A DNA stretch of 63,849 bases, filler included, from Thelocarpon superellum (GCA_026025795.1; 6 parts of 6 records of this genome joined end to end with filler, not necessarily neighbours in it); one strand, 5' to 3'; positions 20,895 through 33,137 are shown, counted from the first letter of the whole stretch. Numbers and translations are program-made. Notes: generated by a model not told the origin, from the sequence alone.

Positions 20895-22914
20895 ATGCCA
20901 CCCAAGACGCATCCTACCGGCAACGAGTTCCTTTCTGAGCCTCCCGTCAATCTTGTCGAGTGGCTGTCCGACGAGCAAGATGCCATACCCACGCTGAAAT
21001 TCGACGAAGGACTCATCGACCCAAACTTGACATTTGATATCTTTCCGCCCGTGGGTGAGCTCGGGCAGACCGTCCCTGCACTGCTCTCATCTCCACCGAA
21101 CATATCACCCTCTTGCCAAACAGCCCTTCCCTCTGGGCATACCCCGGCCGTGGATGAGCCAGTGGACGAAGAGTGGCTCCAAGAATTCAACCGTGACTTG
21201 GAGAATTTCCTCTCGACTCAACGAGCGAAAGATGTCGTCCGGGCCGAGGTTCTGTCTTGCTCCGAGGTCAATCCTCTTGGCCCGAAAGATTGCACCGCTG
21301 TCGAGCAACCATATGTGTTTCCCATCGACTGGACGGTCGACGAGGCATTCTTGACCACCCAAGCTGATGTCGGGCAAACGAACCTTCTAGACTGCGCTTC
21401 TTTTATCACACAGTTCGAGACTCAGGACAACCTGCCAGCCCCGGTGCAACCATGGGATCAAGGGCAGGACCCTTTGCTTAGGGAGCCATGGAACCTAACA
21501 CAGGATCCTCTGCCACCAGAGCCGCCTCGGGGATCTGAGCAGAACCCTGCTCTGTCCGTACCGCTTTGGGAAGAAGGACAAGGTGTCTTTGCTGACGTGC
21601 TACGATCGTCGGAGGTGCCTTCGCAGGTCATCCCGGTCGAAGACCTAGGTGAGTGGAACTTCCCAGACTACCTGGATCCCCGCCTGTTGGGACAGAGTAC
21701 GATGCCCGTGGACCGCTTGAAGGACTCGTCGTCAGTCACGACGTTCCCGGATACGGTTGAGCCATTCAGCTCTCACCTGAATCAGCTACATTCATACCGG
21801 CCCCCGGAGGTCCAGCCGGCTGACGTCCGCGACAAGGGGCTGGCGAAGCAGACCGGCCTGCCCCCGGTTGCTGGAGGAGAGGCAGCAGAGAACGCTGGCG
21901 TTATGAGCGAGGCGGAAGCCCCGCCGCGGACGGGCGGAGCGACGCAGTTGATGCCGAGATTTGACCGATCCCAGGTGGCGCCGGGGCACCGACCTCATAC
22001 CGACCCATCGAAGCCGTGGATCAAGATCAACTATACCACCGCAGGGAAGAATGTGCGACCGGCCAAGATTGAGAATTTCCAGGCCGACCAAGTCTACGAC
22101 GCCTTGATCCACCCGCCGGCGGCGTGGAGCCAGTTTCAGTATACAGGCTTTGGCGAGCTCGAGACGGGCAAGACGTACTCAGCACTGCAACTCCGGGACT
22201 ACCTCTACAACCACCCACTGCACATTCACGATGGAACACGCGACGCGAAGCATAGCCGTCTTCGCATCTGGATCCAACGCGCGCCGGCCGATTCGGCCCG
22301 TCGGAAGCCGACGGCCATGTCGGAGCGGTGCCGTTGGAAAGAATGCCCATGCCCGAAGAACACCATTCGCATCGGCCACTTCCGGGTCTGCTTTGACGAG
22401 CTCAGCTGGCTGAGCGAAGAGGGCACTCACCATGATCCCTATGTCAACGCTGGGTACGTCCATCTCTACTGTATGGAGAAGATGATTGACTTTCCTACCG
22501 TGGCGCACGACCTGAATGTTCAGCCGGACACGCGGAGCCTCAGTCGTGAGTTTGACGGAGTCAACCGCATGGGACTGAAGCACGAGATAGCGGCTGCGGC
22601 CCATGACTTTTTGAAGGCATGCGCCGATGGCAATCCTCCGTCCGACTATCCCCGCATCACGGCCGACTACCAGGGGCGGGCGCGACCGCACGCCGGAACG
22701 CTCAACCACGGTCTGCAGGTGGTCAAGGTCAACCAAGAGCAGCCTTGCCGTCATCGCAAGCGGCTGGAGTTGGGCGATAAGAGTACGCAGAATCATAATC
22801 ATCTTGGCGATCTCGAGGTGGTGCTGCGCAAACGTCTGCAGCGCTCTGGGCCGCACAAGGTCGGGCAAGAAGCTACTGACGCACCAGACGAGACATCAAC
22901 ACGACCTACGAAGC
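20895..22914 (+). CDS. Uncharacterised fungal protein with an acidic low-complexity N-terminus and a C-terminal Cys/His domain; 3' end truncated
   Basis: 2-kb ORF open up to the pad. Globular-looking region with LRIWIQRAPADSARR...RCRWKECPCP...IRIGHFRVCFDE...HDPYVNAGYVHLYCMEK. Confidence 0.75.
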
Positions 22915-23014
22915 NNNNNNNNNNNNNNNNNNNNNNNNNNNNNNNNNNNNNNNNNNNNTTAATTAATTAANNNNNNNNNNNNNNNNNNNNNNNNNNNNNN
23001 NNNNNNNNNNNNNN
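22915..23014. other. Artificial contig-joining spacer
   Basis: N44-TTAATTAATTAA-N44. Confidence 0.98.
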
Positions 23015-23021
23015 CCTCTGG

Positions 23022-25336
23022 ATGGAGGAGCCGGCATCTCCCGAGCTCACGGAGCTGGTCCGGCGCATCTATATTCCCATTAACAGCTCGAGCAGCCCGG
23101 GCTTGATTGCGGCGAGCCAAGAAGATCCGTGGTCCCAGGCGGGCAAGTACGCGCTGGGGTGGGTCTACTTCTGCCTGATCTTGCTTGTCGCCACCATGAC
23201 CGTCCGTTTCTATCACCTATGGACCGATAAGATCCGCACCGCCCTGTACCAGGAGGAAGCCGAGACCTCCTCGACCGCCTCGCCCGAGTACGACTACGAG
23301 ATGAAGGCGCTCGAGACGAACGCAACCGCGGCCAAGCTGTTCCCCCGCGATGGGCCACGCGCCAAAGCACAGTCATCTGTGTCGTCCATCGCCGCCTTGA
23401 ATAACACTATCGCTCTGGTGCGCTACATCTTTTACCGGCCCGTGCCGAGCGTGCGCTGGCGAAAGCACACCTTCTCCTTTCCTTCGCTCGGCGTCATCTT
23501 CGTCGTCACCTGCGCTTTGACTTTCGTCACCCTGTACTGCTTCTTGCCGCAGCCGCTCTACTACGCCACCATCGGCTATGGCTCCCCGCCGCTGGCCATT
23601 CGCGCCGGCATGCTGGCCGTGGCCATGGTCCCCTGGATCGTGGCCATGAGCATGAAGGCCAATGTCGTGTCCATCCTCACGGGCATCGGTCACGAGCGGC
23701 TCAACGTGCTGCACCGCTGGGGCGGCTATCTGTGCCTCTTCCTCAGCTTGATCCACACCATTCCCTTCTACATCCAGCCCGTGTGGGACCAAGGAGGATA
23801 CCAAGTCTTCCAGAGCCTGTTCAATAGCCAATCCTACGTCTACGGCACGGGTGAGTGACGGCCATGAGCTGCCCGCTTGGAGGCGTGACTGACGCGGCGA
23901 TAGGTCTCGCGGCTCTGGTGCCGCTGGGCTGGCTGTGCGTGGCGTCGTTGCCCGTCTTCCGCAAGTGGATGTACGAGCTCTTTGTGGCGCTCCACGTGCC
24001 CGTGGCCATAGTCTTTGTGGCCATGCTCTTCTGGCACTGCAACAACTACCTCACCTCCTTCAGCTATCTCTACGCCACCGTCGCCATCTGGGTATCGTCG
24101 TACGTGGTGCGCGTCTTCCTGCTCAACTGGACCAATCCCTGGCGCATGTCGTGGCTGGTCGGCGACGAAGCCGCCATCACGTTGATGACAGAGGACGCCA
24201 TCAAGGTCACCATTCCCACGCAGGTCCGGTGGCGGCCGGGCCAATACGTCTACCTGCGGATGCCCGGCATCTCCGTCTTTGAGAACCATCCCTTCACCAT
24301 CAGCTCCCTGTGCAGCGACGACTTCCCGTCCATGTACGGCGACGAGTATCGCGACATGACCTTGGTCTTCAAGCCCTTTGGCGGCTTCACGCGCAAGGTG
24401 CTCAACACCGCCCTGGCCAAGGGGCCGAACAAGACCTACCGGGCCTTTGTCGATGGTCCCTACGGCGGCACGCAGCGACGGCTCGAGGCCTTCGACACCG
24501 TCATCTTGGTGGCGGGCGGCAGCGGCATCACGGCGCTCGTGAGCCAGCTCTTGCGCCTGGTCAAGAAGATGCGGGACGGCAAGGCGGTGACGCGCACGGT
24601 GCAGGTGGTGTGGGCCATCAAGCGTCTCGAGTCGATGGAGTGGTTCCGCGAGGAGCTGCGCATCTGCCGGGAGAACGCGCCGCCCGACTCCGTGCACTGC
24701 CAGTTCTTCGTCACGGCGACGAAGCGACACGGGGCCGACGGCGGGGAGAAGGGGCAACGGCCGCTCAGCGGCATCTTCGGCAGCGAGAAGATCAACGACC
24801 TGGCTCAGGGCATCGCCAGCAAGCGCAACTCCGCCCTCATCCACGACGAGGCGGCGGGCGACTGGGCCAAGGAGCAGGAGCTCCGGCGCGAGAACGAAGA
24901 CAGCATCACCGCGCTGCCCCAGGCCTACCTCGAGACGCCCGCGCCCGCACACGTGCGGGGCCACGCGCGGCAGAAGCCGTCGCTCGGGCTGGCCATGGCG
25001 GAGCAAAGCAGCGTGGCGGCGCGAGCGCCGCCCAGCTTCGACTTTGGCTTCCCATCGACCCCGACCGTGTTCCAGAAGAATCTGGTCCGCTTCGCCTTTG
25101 GCGTGTCGGGCGTCAAGAAGAGGGAGGGCTGGTCGACGGAATACGGCCGGCCCGACATCCCCTACATGCTGCGCGAGTCAGCGGCTGACTTTGGCCGCCG
25201 CACCTGCATCTTCGTATGCGGCCCGCCCAGCATGCGGATCGACGTGGCCGAGACGGTGGCGCGTCTGCAGCGTGAGGTGTGGAACGACCCGAGTAAAGAC
25301 GAGATCTGTCTCCACACGGAAAACTACGCCATCTAG
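23022..25336 (+). CDS. Ferric/cupric-chelate reductase (FRE family); 2 exons (23022-23850, 23904-25336); promoter lies off-contig
   Basis: Heme-ligand His motifs (LNVLHRWGG, SLIHTIP, FVALHVP, LFWHC), FAD motif (PGQYVYLR...HPFTISS), NADPH motifs (FVDGPYGG, VAGGSGIT, FVCGPPSM) and terminal HTENY. Intron 23851-23903. Confidence 0.93.
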
Positions 25337-25621
25337 CGCGGCCGCCATGTCCGATTAGCGTTGCAGGGAGCGGGCGTTTCTTGTCATCTTCCTCCGTCTT
25401 TTCCCCTCCCTCTTACTCTGTCTCGTACTCGCTGGGTCAGACATGACCCCAGCCGCTCGTGAACTTCTCCCTTTCCCTCGTCCCTCGTCATCTCATCATC
25501 TTCCTGATATAGATTCGCGTCTACACCGACGATCATTGCACGTGGGAGAGCGCGTGGGCGCATCCTCGAGGAGCTCGAGCTTAATGCAATCCATCCATAC
25601 TCTATCCTCAATCCGTGCTCG

Positions 25622-26566
25622 TCACGTGGCATCCGAGCCGTAGACTCCGCCGTCGAGGATGATAGCCTCGTTGTCGTCGTTGTCGTCCTGGACTCTCCGC
25701 CACGGCTTGCTGCGTGTTCGTGATGTTCCCGTCGATTCATCGGGGCTGGCGTGATAGGTGGGTCGAATGAGTCCGCGGAGCAGCGGGTTCCGACTGAACT
25801 GGCCGCCGGCGGAATCGGGACCCGCGACGTCCTCAACAGGCTCCGGCGACTCCTCCGGGTCCTCCGACCGACGCTCCACGTTGGCCATACGCTTGACCAC
25901 CTTGCCGCCTGCCAGGTCAATGGAGACCACGGCCCGCCGTTTCTCATACTCGGGCCTCGCATTCCACTCTTGCTCCCTAAGCACCTTCTGCTGCCGTTTC
26001 AGCTGCATCGCCCGCTCCTGCGGCGACGCCCACATCGATTGCCCCATCGCGGGCGTCTCGAAGTCGGCCGCCTCATCGATGATGTGCGTACGAGCGGCGG
26101 AGGTAGCTTGGTAGGATAACAGCCGGTTTCGGTGGGCTTCGGCCGCCGACAACGGGTCTGATGGGGCGCTTGCCCGGTTCGCCGTGCTCGCGGTCGAGGT
26201 GAAGGGCCGCGGGACTGTGGACACCTCGGCGCGCTTCTGCGCCGCGTTGTGGGCCTGCATCTTCTCGCGCCCTCGCTCCTCGTGCAGAGTCCGCAGCAGC
26301 GCCTGAACCTCCCCGCTGGACAGTAACGGCGTCTGGCAGAAGCTGCAGGGCCCGAGCCCCTCGCGTACACACATGATCTTGCCGCAGCTTAGACAGTTGG
26401 GGGCCGCGATTTGTAGCGGATGTCGGGTGGCATTGCAGCCGCAGGCCGGGCGTGTGCTACGCAGTTTGGGATTGGTGGAGCTCTCCAAGGACCGGATCGC
26501 CGCGTCCAGGTCGGACAGGCCGTTTGAGGAGGCCGATGAGGCGCTCGGCGGGAGCTTGGGCGGCAT
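25622..26566 (-). CDS. zf-C2HC5 zinc-finger protein (RQT4/ASC-1/TRIP4-like); N-terminus uncertain
   Basis: CGCNATRHPL...NCLSCGKIMC...GPCSFC finger, followed by AEAHRNRLLSY...RTHIIDEAADF...WASPQER...VVSIDLAGGKV. Confidence 0.85.
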   Translation of the reverse strand: MPPKLPPSASSASSNGLSDLDAAIRSLESSTNPKLRSTRPACGCNATRHPLQIAAPNCLSCGKIMCVREGLGPCSFCQTPLLSSGEVQALLRTLHEERGREKMQAHNAAQKRAEVSTVPRPFTSTASTANRASAPSDPLSAAEAHRNRLLSYQATSAARTHIIDEAADFETPAMGQSMWASPQERAMQLKRQQKVLREQEWNARPEYEKRRAVVSIDLAGGKVVKRMANVERRSEDPEESPEPVEDVAGPDSAGGQFSRNPLLRGLIRPTYHASPDESTGTSRTRSKPWRRVQDDNDDNEAIILDGGVYGSDAT

Positions 26567-27722
26567 GCCTGAGATGGGTCCTAGGTTCCGTCGATGCAGA
26601 CTCTTTCAGGATGGCGGGGAGTGCTCCTGGGTGGATCAACAGTGGAACGGGACCGTGGTGTTCTCATCGACCCACGGATTCAATCGAACTTCGACTCAGA
26701 TCAAGTCACTGCATGCCCGGCCCGTACCAGGTCCTCACTAACTCGCGTAGAGGCACGGATGATCATCTAGCTATACAGATGGTCGGCATTCCGAATTACA
26801 TCCCACTTTGTACGCCACTGCGCCGTCCACCGTTTGCATTCTGCATTCTGCAGTCCGTGGTCCCGCAGCTCGCCGCGCCGCCGCACCGCCGCACCGCCTC
26901 TCCCCGGCTCCGGTAGCAGACGCAGGGATGGCGCACTCGCACGGCCGTAGGTCGATGGCGACGAATCACAGGAAGCGAGGCCAGCCCGATCGGGGCCCGC
27001 CACGGTCGCGCTTAGACCTTCGATCAATAGGGCCATTATTATCAAGTGAATCGGCAGCCGGCTGTTTCGAGCTGCATCAAGCAATCTGTTCGGAGCATCG
27101 AGAGCTGTTGGAGCTCTCGTCTCGCCGGCTTCGCTCGGGGCCTTGCACCATCCCATACCTCTGTCGAATCGTTCCGCTGGACATCATGGGCTCAGCCCTT
27201 TCTCGGTCCATCGCCTGACTGCCTGCCCGCCGTCTCGTGCGTCAGGAGCTCTCCGTAGTCCCACAACGGTTGCCGGCCAAGTCGCTCGTCGCCCCGTGCC
27301 CCCTGGGGCCACCCATCCCACCCCATCGCCATCGCCGTCATTCATGTAGGTGGACACTGGATGGATGTCATTCGTCGAGGTCTTTCCAACACCGCCGGCA
27401 CCGACATCGTTGCCCTCGCCGTTCCTCTACTGTAAGACGCGGTGACATGTCTCCCAGTTGACCGAGGTCGGTACTTCCCGCATCGGGCATTACCCTTCCT
27501 TTTGTTCGAGGATGTTTGCTAATCGTATTCCATCCAGCCTCTCCATCTCTCCCCCGCCCATTCTTCTTCTCCCTCCCCTGCATCGACTGCTGTACCCCTC
27601 GGCTGTCAGCACTCGGACTACGTTGGGCCACTATTCGCCTCGCCGCAGCATCGCTCAATGTCCTGGCGATAGAGCATCCTCCTCACTTCCTCTCTCTCTT
27701 CTCCGCACACCCGGACCACATC

Positions 27723-29124
27723 ATGGCCACCAAAGACAAGCACAAGAGTGCCGACCGCATCAGCCTGGTCAATCCGTCCCAGTTCGGGACGGACGAGCTG
27801 TCACTACTTGTGAGTAGGAACCACCCCGTGGGGATTGTGAGGGGCTGATGATGAGATGCAGACCACCTCGGTGCTAGAGGACTGTCTCCAGAATATGATC
27901 CATGACCTTGTGTTGGAGGTCCACCGCGAGGAGAAAATTGCCCGGGCACGATCCGCCGTCATCGTGGCCGAAGAGGAGGCAAAGAAGGTAGAGCAGCCCG
28001 GCAGCGGGTCGGCTCTCGGGAGCTCCCCGGCCAGCCCTGACGCTCCCGTGAGACTGGTGACGCCCGGGGCCATCTACGAGAATGGTCTGGTGCGTTTGCG
28101 GGGAAACCCTCTGCAGACGACGCCTGAGATTGTTTGCGCGCGATGTCGTCTGCCTCGCCTCTCGCATCCGGCGACGGTCAAGGAGGGGGCCGCTGCAGAC
28201 CCGGCGCAAAAGTACTGTGCGCGCCATCCCGCCGTGGTCCGATCCGGTCACGACGTATGGGGCCAGCCATTTGCCGCACACACGACCAACTCGGCCAAAG
28301 CAAAGAAAGACAAGAAGGAACAGGAGGCGAAGTCCCAACAGGCCAAGGACAAGGCCACGAATGCAAGCTCACGCAACGCCTCTCCACCGCCGTCAGAGGC
28401 CAAGATGACAGTGACCTTTCCCTCGGTCAAGTGTCCCAACTGTCCTCGCTACCTCTTCGTGACGCGCTTGGCCTCACACCTGGAGAAGTGCATGGGTCTG
28501 ACGGGGCGGAATGCGAGCCGGAACGCCATGGCGAAGATGGACTCGAGCCAGAATCGAAACAGCAGTACGCCGATCGGGAGCCGGCTCGGCACGCCGACGC
28601 CCAAGACGAGGAGGAGTCCGGGGGCGATGAGTCGCGACGAGGATGACGAGGAGGATGACGACGGCGTCGACGATGAAGTGGCCAAGAAGAAAAAGAAGAA
28701 GACGATGCGGAAGCCGTCGGAGAAGATTCAACCGCTCAAGTTGAAGAAGGCCAAGGAGTTTGGAGGGTCAGGGAAGTCGTCTCCACTCCTCACGGCGGAG
28801 TCCGCCCAGAACGGTGTCAAAGCCGACGCCAGGGCGTCTCCCAGCAAGCGGGCGCGGGAGATCTCCGGGGCGGATGAGGACACGCCGAAGACGAAAAAGG
28901 CCAAGCGGCTCGACCAGGACGGCACCAGCCAAGCGCCGAAGATGAAGGAGCTAAGTAGTCCCAAGACCGCGAGCACCAACGGCACGACGGGCGGTAAGGT
29001 GTCGAATGGCAAGAATGGCGGCGAAAAGGTCAAGAAAGGGCACGAGATTGGGCGGGACGAAGATCCCTTTCGAGAACCGTCCAAGAAGCACACTGATGCG
29101 TTGGGACCTACGGTGGAAGTCTGA
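27723..29124 (+). CDS. SGF11: SAGA deubiquitination-module subunit Sgf11; 2 exons (27723-27809, 27862-29124)
   Basis: N-terminal helix (LEDCLQNMIHDLVLEVHREEK), DVWGQ motif and Sgf11 zinc finger (CPNCPRYLFVTRLASHLEKCMGLTGRNASRNA). Intron 27810-27861. Confidence 0.88.
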
Positions 29125-29192
29125 CATGACCTGTACCCAGCACTGATGTTCGGGAGGGCGATGATCCTCGGGACGCTAACATTGCGGCGGCG

Positions 29193-29262
29193 TTGACCAT
29201 TGACCATTGACCATTGACCGTGAACGATTGATCATTGACTGTTGACTGTTGACCATTGCCCA
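29193..29262 (+). repeat. Degenerate 7-bp tandem repeat (TTGACCA)x10 in the SGF11 3' region
   Basis: ttgacca x3, ttgaccg, tgaacga, ttgatca, ttgactg x2, ttgacca, ttgccca. Confidence 0.85.
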
Positions 29263-30109
29263 TCTGGCCAGCATTTGAAGGGTTAGTTTCGTGCGCATCC
29301 ATTTGGAGTCTTACTTGGGCGGGCATGAGGCTGTAGGGCATGTGTGGTGTGCAAGGCATGCAGGACGTGGACATTTTCGAATGGGCGAGATGATTGGCAT
29401 CGCGAGGTTACTTTGCCGGGAACTGTACTTCTGTGTGCAGAGGCGGGGGACGGACCTGTGGAAAGCATCAGAATCGATCTGGCACAGAGCTGCTGCGGAG
29501 GTCTACTGGATGGAGTTAAGTGTGATGGGACTGGAAACTGGGAATTGGCAATCATGGCATTCTACAACAACTGCTGGCGTGAGTCTTACCAGATTGAACA
29601 TGCCGGGTTACTCGGAGACGGTTCAGATGCATGGAGGATGGGTGAGGTGTATACGAAGGGGGAGAGAGAGGACGTGACATACATCACTCGATTGCGTTAA
29701 GTAACCGACAAACGAAATGAATCTCGGGGTGCCCCGCGTCCTTTACCACGTCAGCCACAGATGGGTGGATGGTCTTGTAGCACAAGGGCCCCCACTGCTC
29801 CACATCCCACATTGAGATGTACAATAGGCACGAATGAAATCACCTCCCTCCCCGATCCTCCTACCATCCTCGCACCTTCACCTAGCTCCACGATTGCTAG
29901 GCTAGCCTGGTGATGGATCCGCAGCCTCCGCCCTCCCTCTCGCCACGACGCCTTCTGAACGCAGCAGATCGAGATTCCTCGCCCGATCCACGACCTCCAG
30001 CATTTGCTTACCGAGCTCAACGAACTCGATGAACCCTCCCAGAGCACCAAGAAACTCAACGAGTGCAAAGCACTTCCCCCCGTGAACCTCCGTAAAGCCA
30101 ACGAGCTCA

Positions 30110-31177
30110 ATGAATTCATCCAACTCGACCAATCCTCCTCACCCCCCACCGTCCAGCGTCACAATCTCACCCTGCGCCCCCGAACATATACCGGCGCTTC
30201 GACGCATCAACTCCCTACTCTTGCCCATCCCATATCCGAATAGCTTCTACAAGGCCATCGCTGACGATCCTGTTGTTGCGGGGTTGGCGCACGTGGCGCT
30301 CTGGCGAGATGAGGTGTCGTTACGAAAGAGGAGGGGAGACGGACGTGGAGATGAAAATGGAGTAGGAGGTGGAAATGGAAGTGGACGAGATGAGACGGAG
30401 GGAGTTTGCATCAATGCGGAAGGAGGAGAAGAAGAGGAAGAAGAAGGAAAAGACGAGGACATGAACCCAGCAGACGACGACGGCTCTATGTTGCCCCTCG
30501 GTACATCCAAAAAATCCACGCCAATATCGCCGCCACCACCGGCAGCAATAGTACGGGGAACGGGAAAGGGAGCGCCAGCAGCAAAAGGAAAGGTCATAGG
30601 TGGGATCCGATGCAGGCTGGAGCAGCCCGCGACCTCTATTCGCTCGACTACGCGTCCTCCTTACTCTACCACCACCATCACCACCACCGCTACCAATCGC
30701 ACACCCCGCGTACCCTCGAGCCCCGAATGGGAAGCAGCAGCAGTAGGAGGAGGAGGAGGGGGAGGAGGAGGGTCGGCGCCGCCACTACCACCAGCAGTGG
30801 AGGAAGGAGGAGGAGAAGGAAAGGTAGTGCTTTACATACAAACCCTGACGCTCCTATCGCCCTACCGGAATAAATCCATCGCCACCGCGCTGCTCCAGTC
30901 CGCTGTGGCCTCTGCAATGCGCAAGCACGGGATAAGCGCCGTGTACGCACACGTGTGGGAAGCGAACGAGGAAGCGCTGGTGTGGTACCGCAAGCGTGGC
31001 TTCGTCGTCGGTGAGCTCGTCGCGGATTACTATGTTCGGCTCAGACCCGCTGGCGCGAGGGTCGTCTGGCGGGCCGTGGGGATTCAAGAGTATCTCGCCC
31101 TTGGTCCTGGAACGTCCTCGCAAGATGAAGATGTGGATGTGGTCAGGGGAAAAACGGAGCAAGAGGAGAAGAGATGA
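30110..31177 (+). CDS. GNAT N-acetyltransferase, NAA50/San-like, with long low-complexity insertions
   Basis: Motifs LRRINSLLLPIPYPNSFY, VIGGIRCRLE, LYIQTLTLLSPYRNKSIATALL, AVYAHVWEANEEALVWYRKRGF and YYVRLRPAGA. Confidence 0.85.
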   Translation: MNSSNSTNPPHPPPSSVTISPCAPEHIPALRRINSLLLPIPYPNSFYKAIADDPVVAGLAHVALWRDEVSLRKRRGDGRGDENGVGGGNGSGRDETEGVCINAEGGEEEEEEGKDEDMNPADDDGSMLPLGTSKKSTPISPPPPAAIVRGTGKGAPAAKGKVIGGIRCRLEQPATSIRSTTRPPYSTTTITTTATNRTPRVPSSPEWEAAAVGGGGGGGGGSAPPLPPAVEEGGGEGKVVLYIQTLTLLSPYRNKSIATALLQSAVASAMRKHGISAVYAHVWEANEEALVWYRKRGFVVGELVADYYVRLRPAGARVVWRAVGIQEYLALGPGTSSQDEDVDVVRGKTEQEEKR

Positions 31178-31246
31178 GAAGAAGAGTAGAACAATGAAGA
31201 TCTTCTCGGCATATACACGTCCGAATATATACACTACCTCGCCATC

Positions 31247-31269
31247 CTCTCTCTCTCTCTCTCTCTCTC
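31247..31269 (+). repeat. (CT)n microsatellite between convergent genes
   Basis: About 11 CT units. Confidence 0.9.
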
Positions 31270-31330
31270 CGCGTCCCCGTGGAGGATGCCTACGCCTTTT
31301 GATGAATCCCGCGGCCTCAGGCGGTCCCGA

Positions 31331-33137
31331 TTAACCCGCCACGAGCGCAATAAGCGCCGCGCCGACCCCGCTTCCATCCTTGGCAATACCTATCCGGATC
31401 CGTTTCTCCCCTGCCGGTCCAATCTCAGGAATCTCGCGGAGAGCTTCGCGAAGGTCGTCTTCAAAGCCCGGGTAAAATTCGATCAGAGATCCGTCCACGC
31501 CAATGTCCACCGGTTCTGCTTCCCCTCCCTCTCCCTCATTTGCCGAGGGGAGATCCGACGATGATGGAATATGGGGCGGTGCGTCGACCAGCGGCGCCGC
31601 GCTGGCTTGAAGCTTGCTCGCCGCTGCGTGTGCCGCCTGTGCCAGGTGCACTTCTTTCACGTCCTGCGCGATCTCTTGGATTGACTTGGGCGCGGCCGGA
31701 TCAGAGGTGGACAAGGACGGAGACGTGGACGTAGACCTTCCCAGTTTGTCCGTGGCAATGATGACCGCCCCGATGGCCACCGCGCCCAGTCGCGCGCTCC
31801 TCTTGCCAATGGCCGTCACCAGCGCCCGGACGGCCTGCGCATCTTCCAGGCTAGCTGCGCTAACGCCCAGGTCACGATCGAGACTCTGTCGCGTCAGGCG
31901 TAAGCCCGGGCTGTGGTCGCCTTGCACGATGCTGAGGAAGCTGGTGTCGATTCCCCATTGCTTGTACAGCGCGGAATCCTCCGCAATCGTCGTCGTCGAG
32001 TGAATGTCATTCTCGCGAGAGTCCGCGTCCTTGAAGAGCCCCGCCTTGGGCGACTCGATCAGCCTCACAATCGCTCGTCGGAGAATCTCTCCCAGGAACA
32101 TGCCCGACACTCGCTTCTCGAACATCTGGATTCCCGGGTTGACGCTCTCTTCGTCTAGTTGCCGGTCAAATTCCGTCGTCGGGAGCACTCGAAGCCCGTT
32201 GTCAAAGGAACCCCATTCCGTGTTGACAATCATCTCTCCCGTCGACGAGTCAAACTCTGCGCCGTCCTCCACCCCCGTGAGCTTTTTGATCTTGCTGAGT
32301 TTCTCCATGTACGCGCCGTTGGTCCCCGTGCCGAAGATGGCCCCCAAGAACGTGCCCGTCTTGCCCGGGGACGCGTAGGAGCGCGCCATCAGTGTGCCGA
32401 CCGTGTCGTTGACAAGCGCTGCCACCCGCACCGGCAGCTTCAACGCATCAATCTCCGTCTGGAGCAAGACACATACGTCTTTGCCAATCGCATCCTCAAT
32501 ATCGAATCCCTTGGTCCAGCGGATCAGCGTTCCCCGGTTGATGCCGATTTGCTGCACAGGAAAACTAAAGGTGAAGCCGAGCCGGAAGATATTCTCATCC
32601 CTGTATCCCTCGTCCGCGCTCATGGTTAGCCGTCGTCGCACATGCGCCTCAAAATGCTCGGTATGGTGCGTCTTGAGGAAGATCTCAATCTGCCGCGCCA
32701 GGTAGGCAAAGAGCTCTTTGGCCGTCTTGGCCACCATCAGCTCCTGCGGAATCGCCCGCTTCGATTGTGTCAGGGTGAAGGAGCTGTTGCCATGCAATTG
32801 GATGGAGCACACTCGAAAGTTCGTGCCTCCTAGATCAACCGCGAGGAAGAGACCCTGCCCGAAACCGCGTCAGACCGGCTTCTCCTCGAATTTCTACTGC
32901 TCACTCACCTTCTCCGTGCCATTGGGTACAGACGTCACATAGGTCGGAATCTGGCTCATGGTCTGGTTGGGTTTCTGCAGACCCTCGCCTACCCGCACCC
33001 ATCAGCTCCGATCCTCCACTGCTCCGGCGAGGAAACCCACGCATTTGTCGGATGAACTCCTGCACATTTTTCCGTAAGTCGTCCGGGCCAAAGTCAAAGC
33101 TCGCCGCGATGCGTTGAGCCTCATCCAGCAACGACAT
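31331..33137 (-). CDS. GLK1: Glucokinase (hexokinase family); 3 exons (33137-33041, 32988-32909, 32854-31331)
   Basis: SQIPTYV...PNGTEK|GLFLAVDLGGTNFRVC, LGFTFSFP, LIRWTKGF, VNDTVGT, GTGTNGAY, VNTEWGSFD, FEKRVSGMFLGE, GVDGSL and AKDGSGVGAALIA. Introns 32989-33040 and 32855-32908. Confidence 0.95.
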
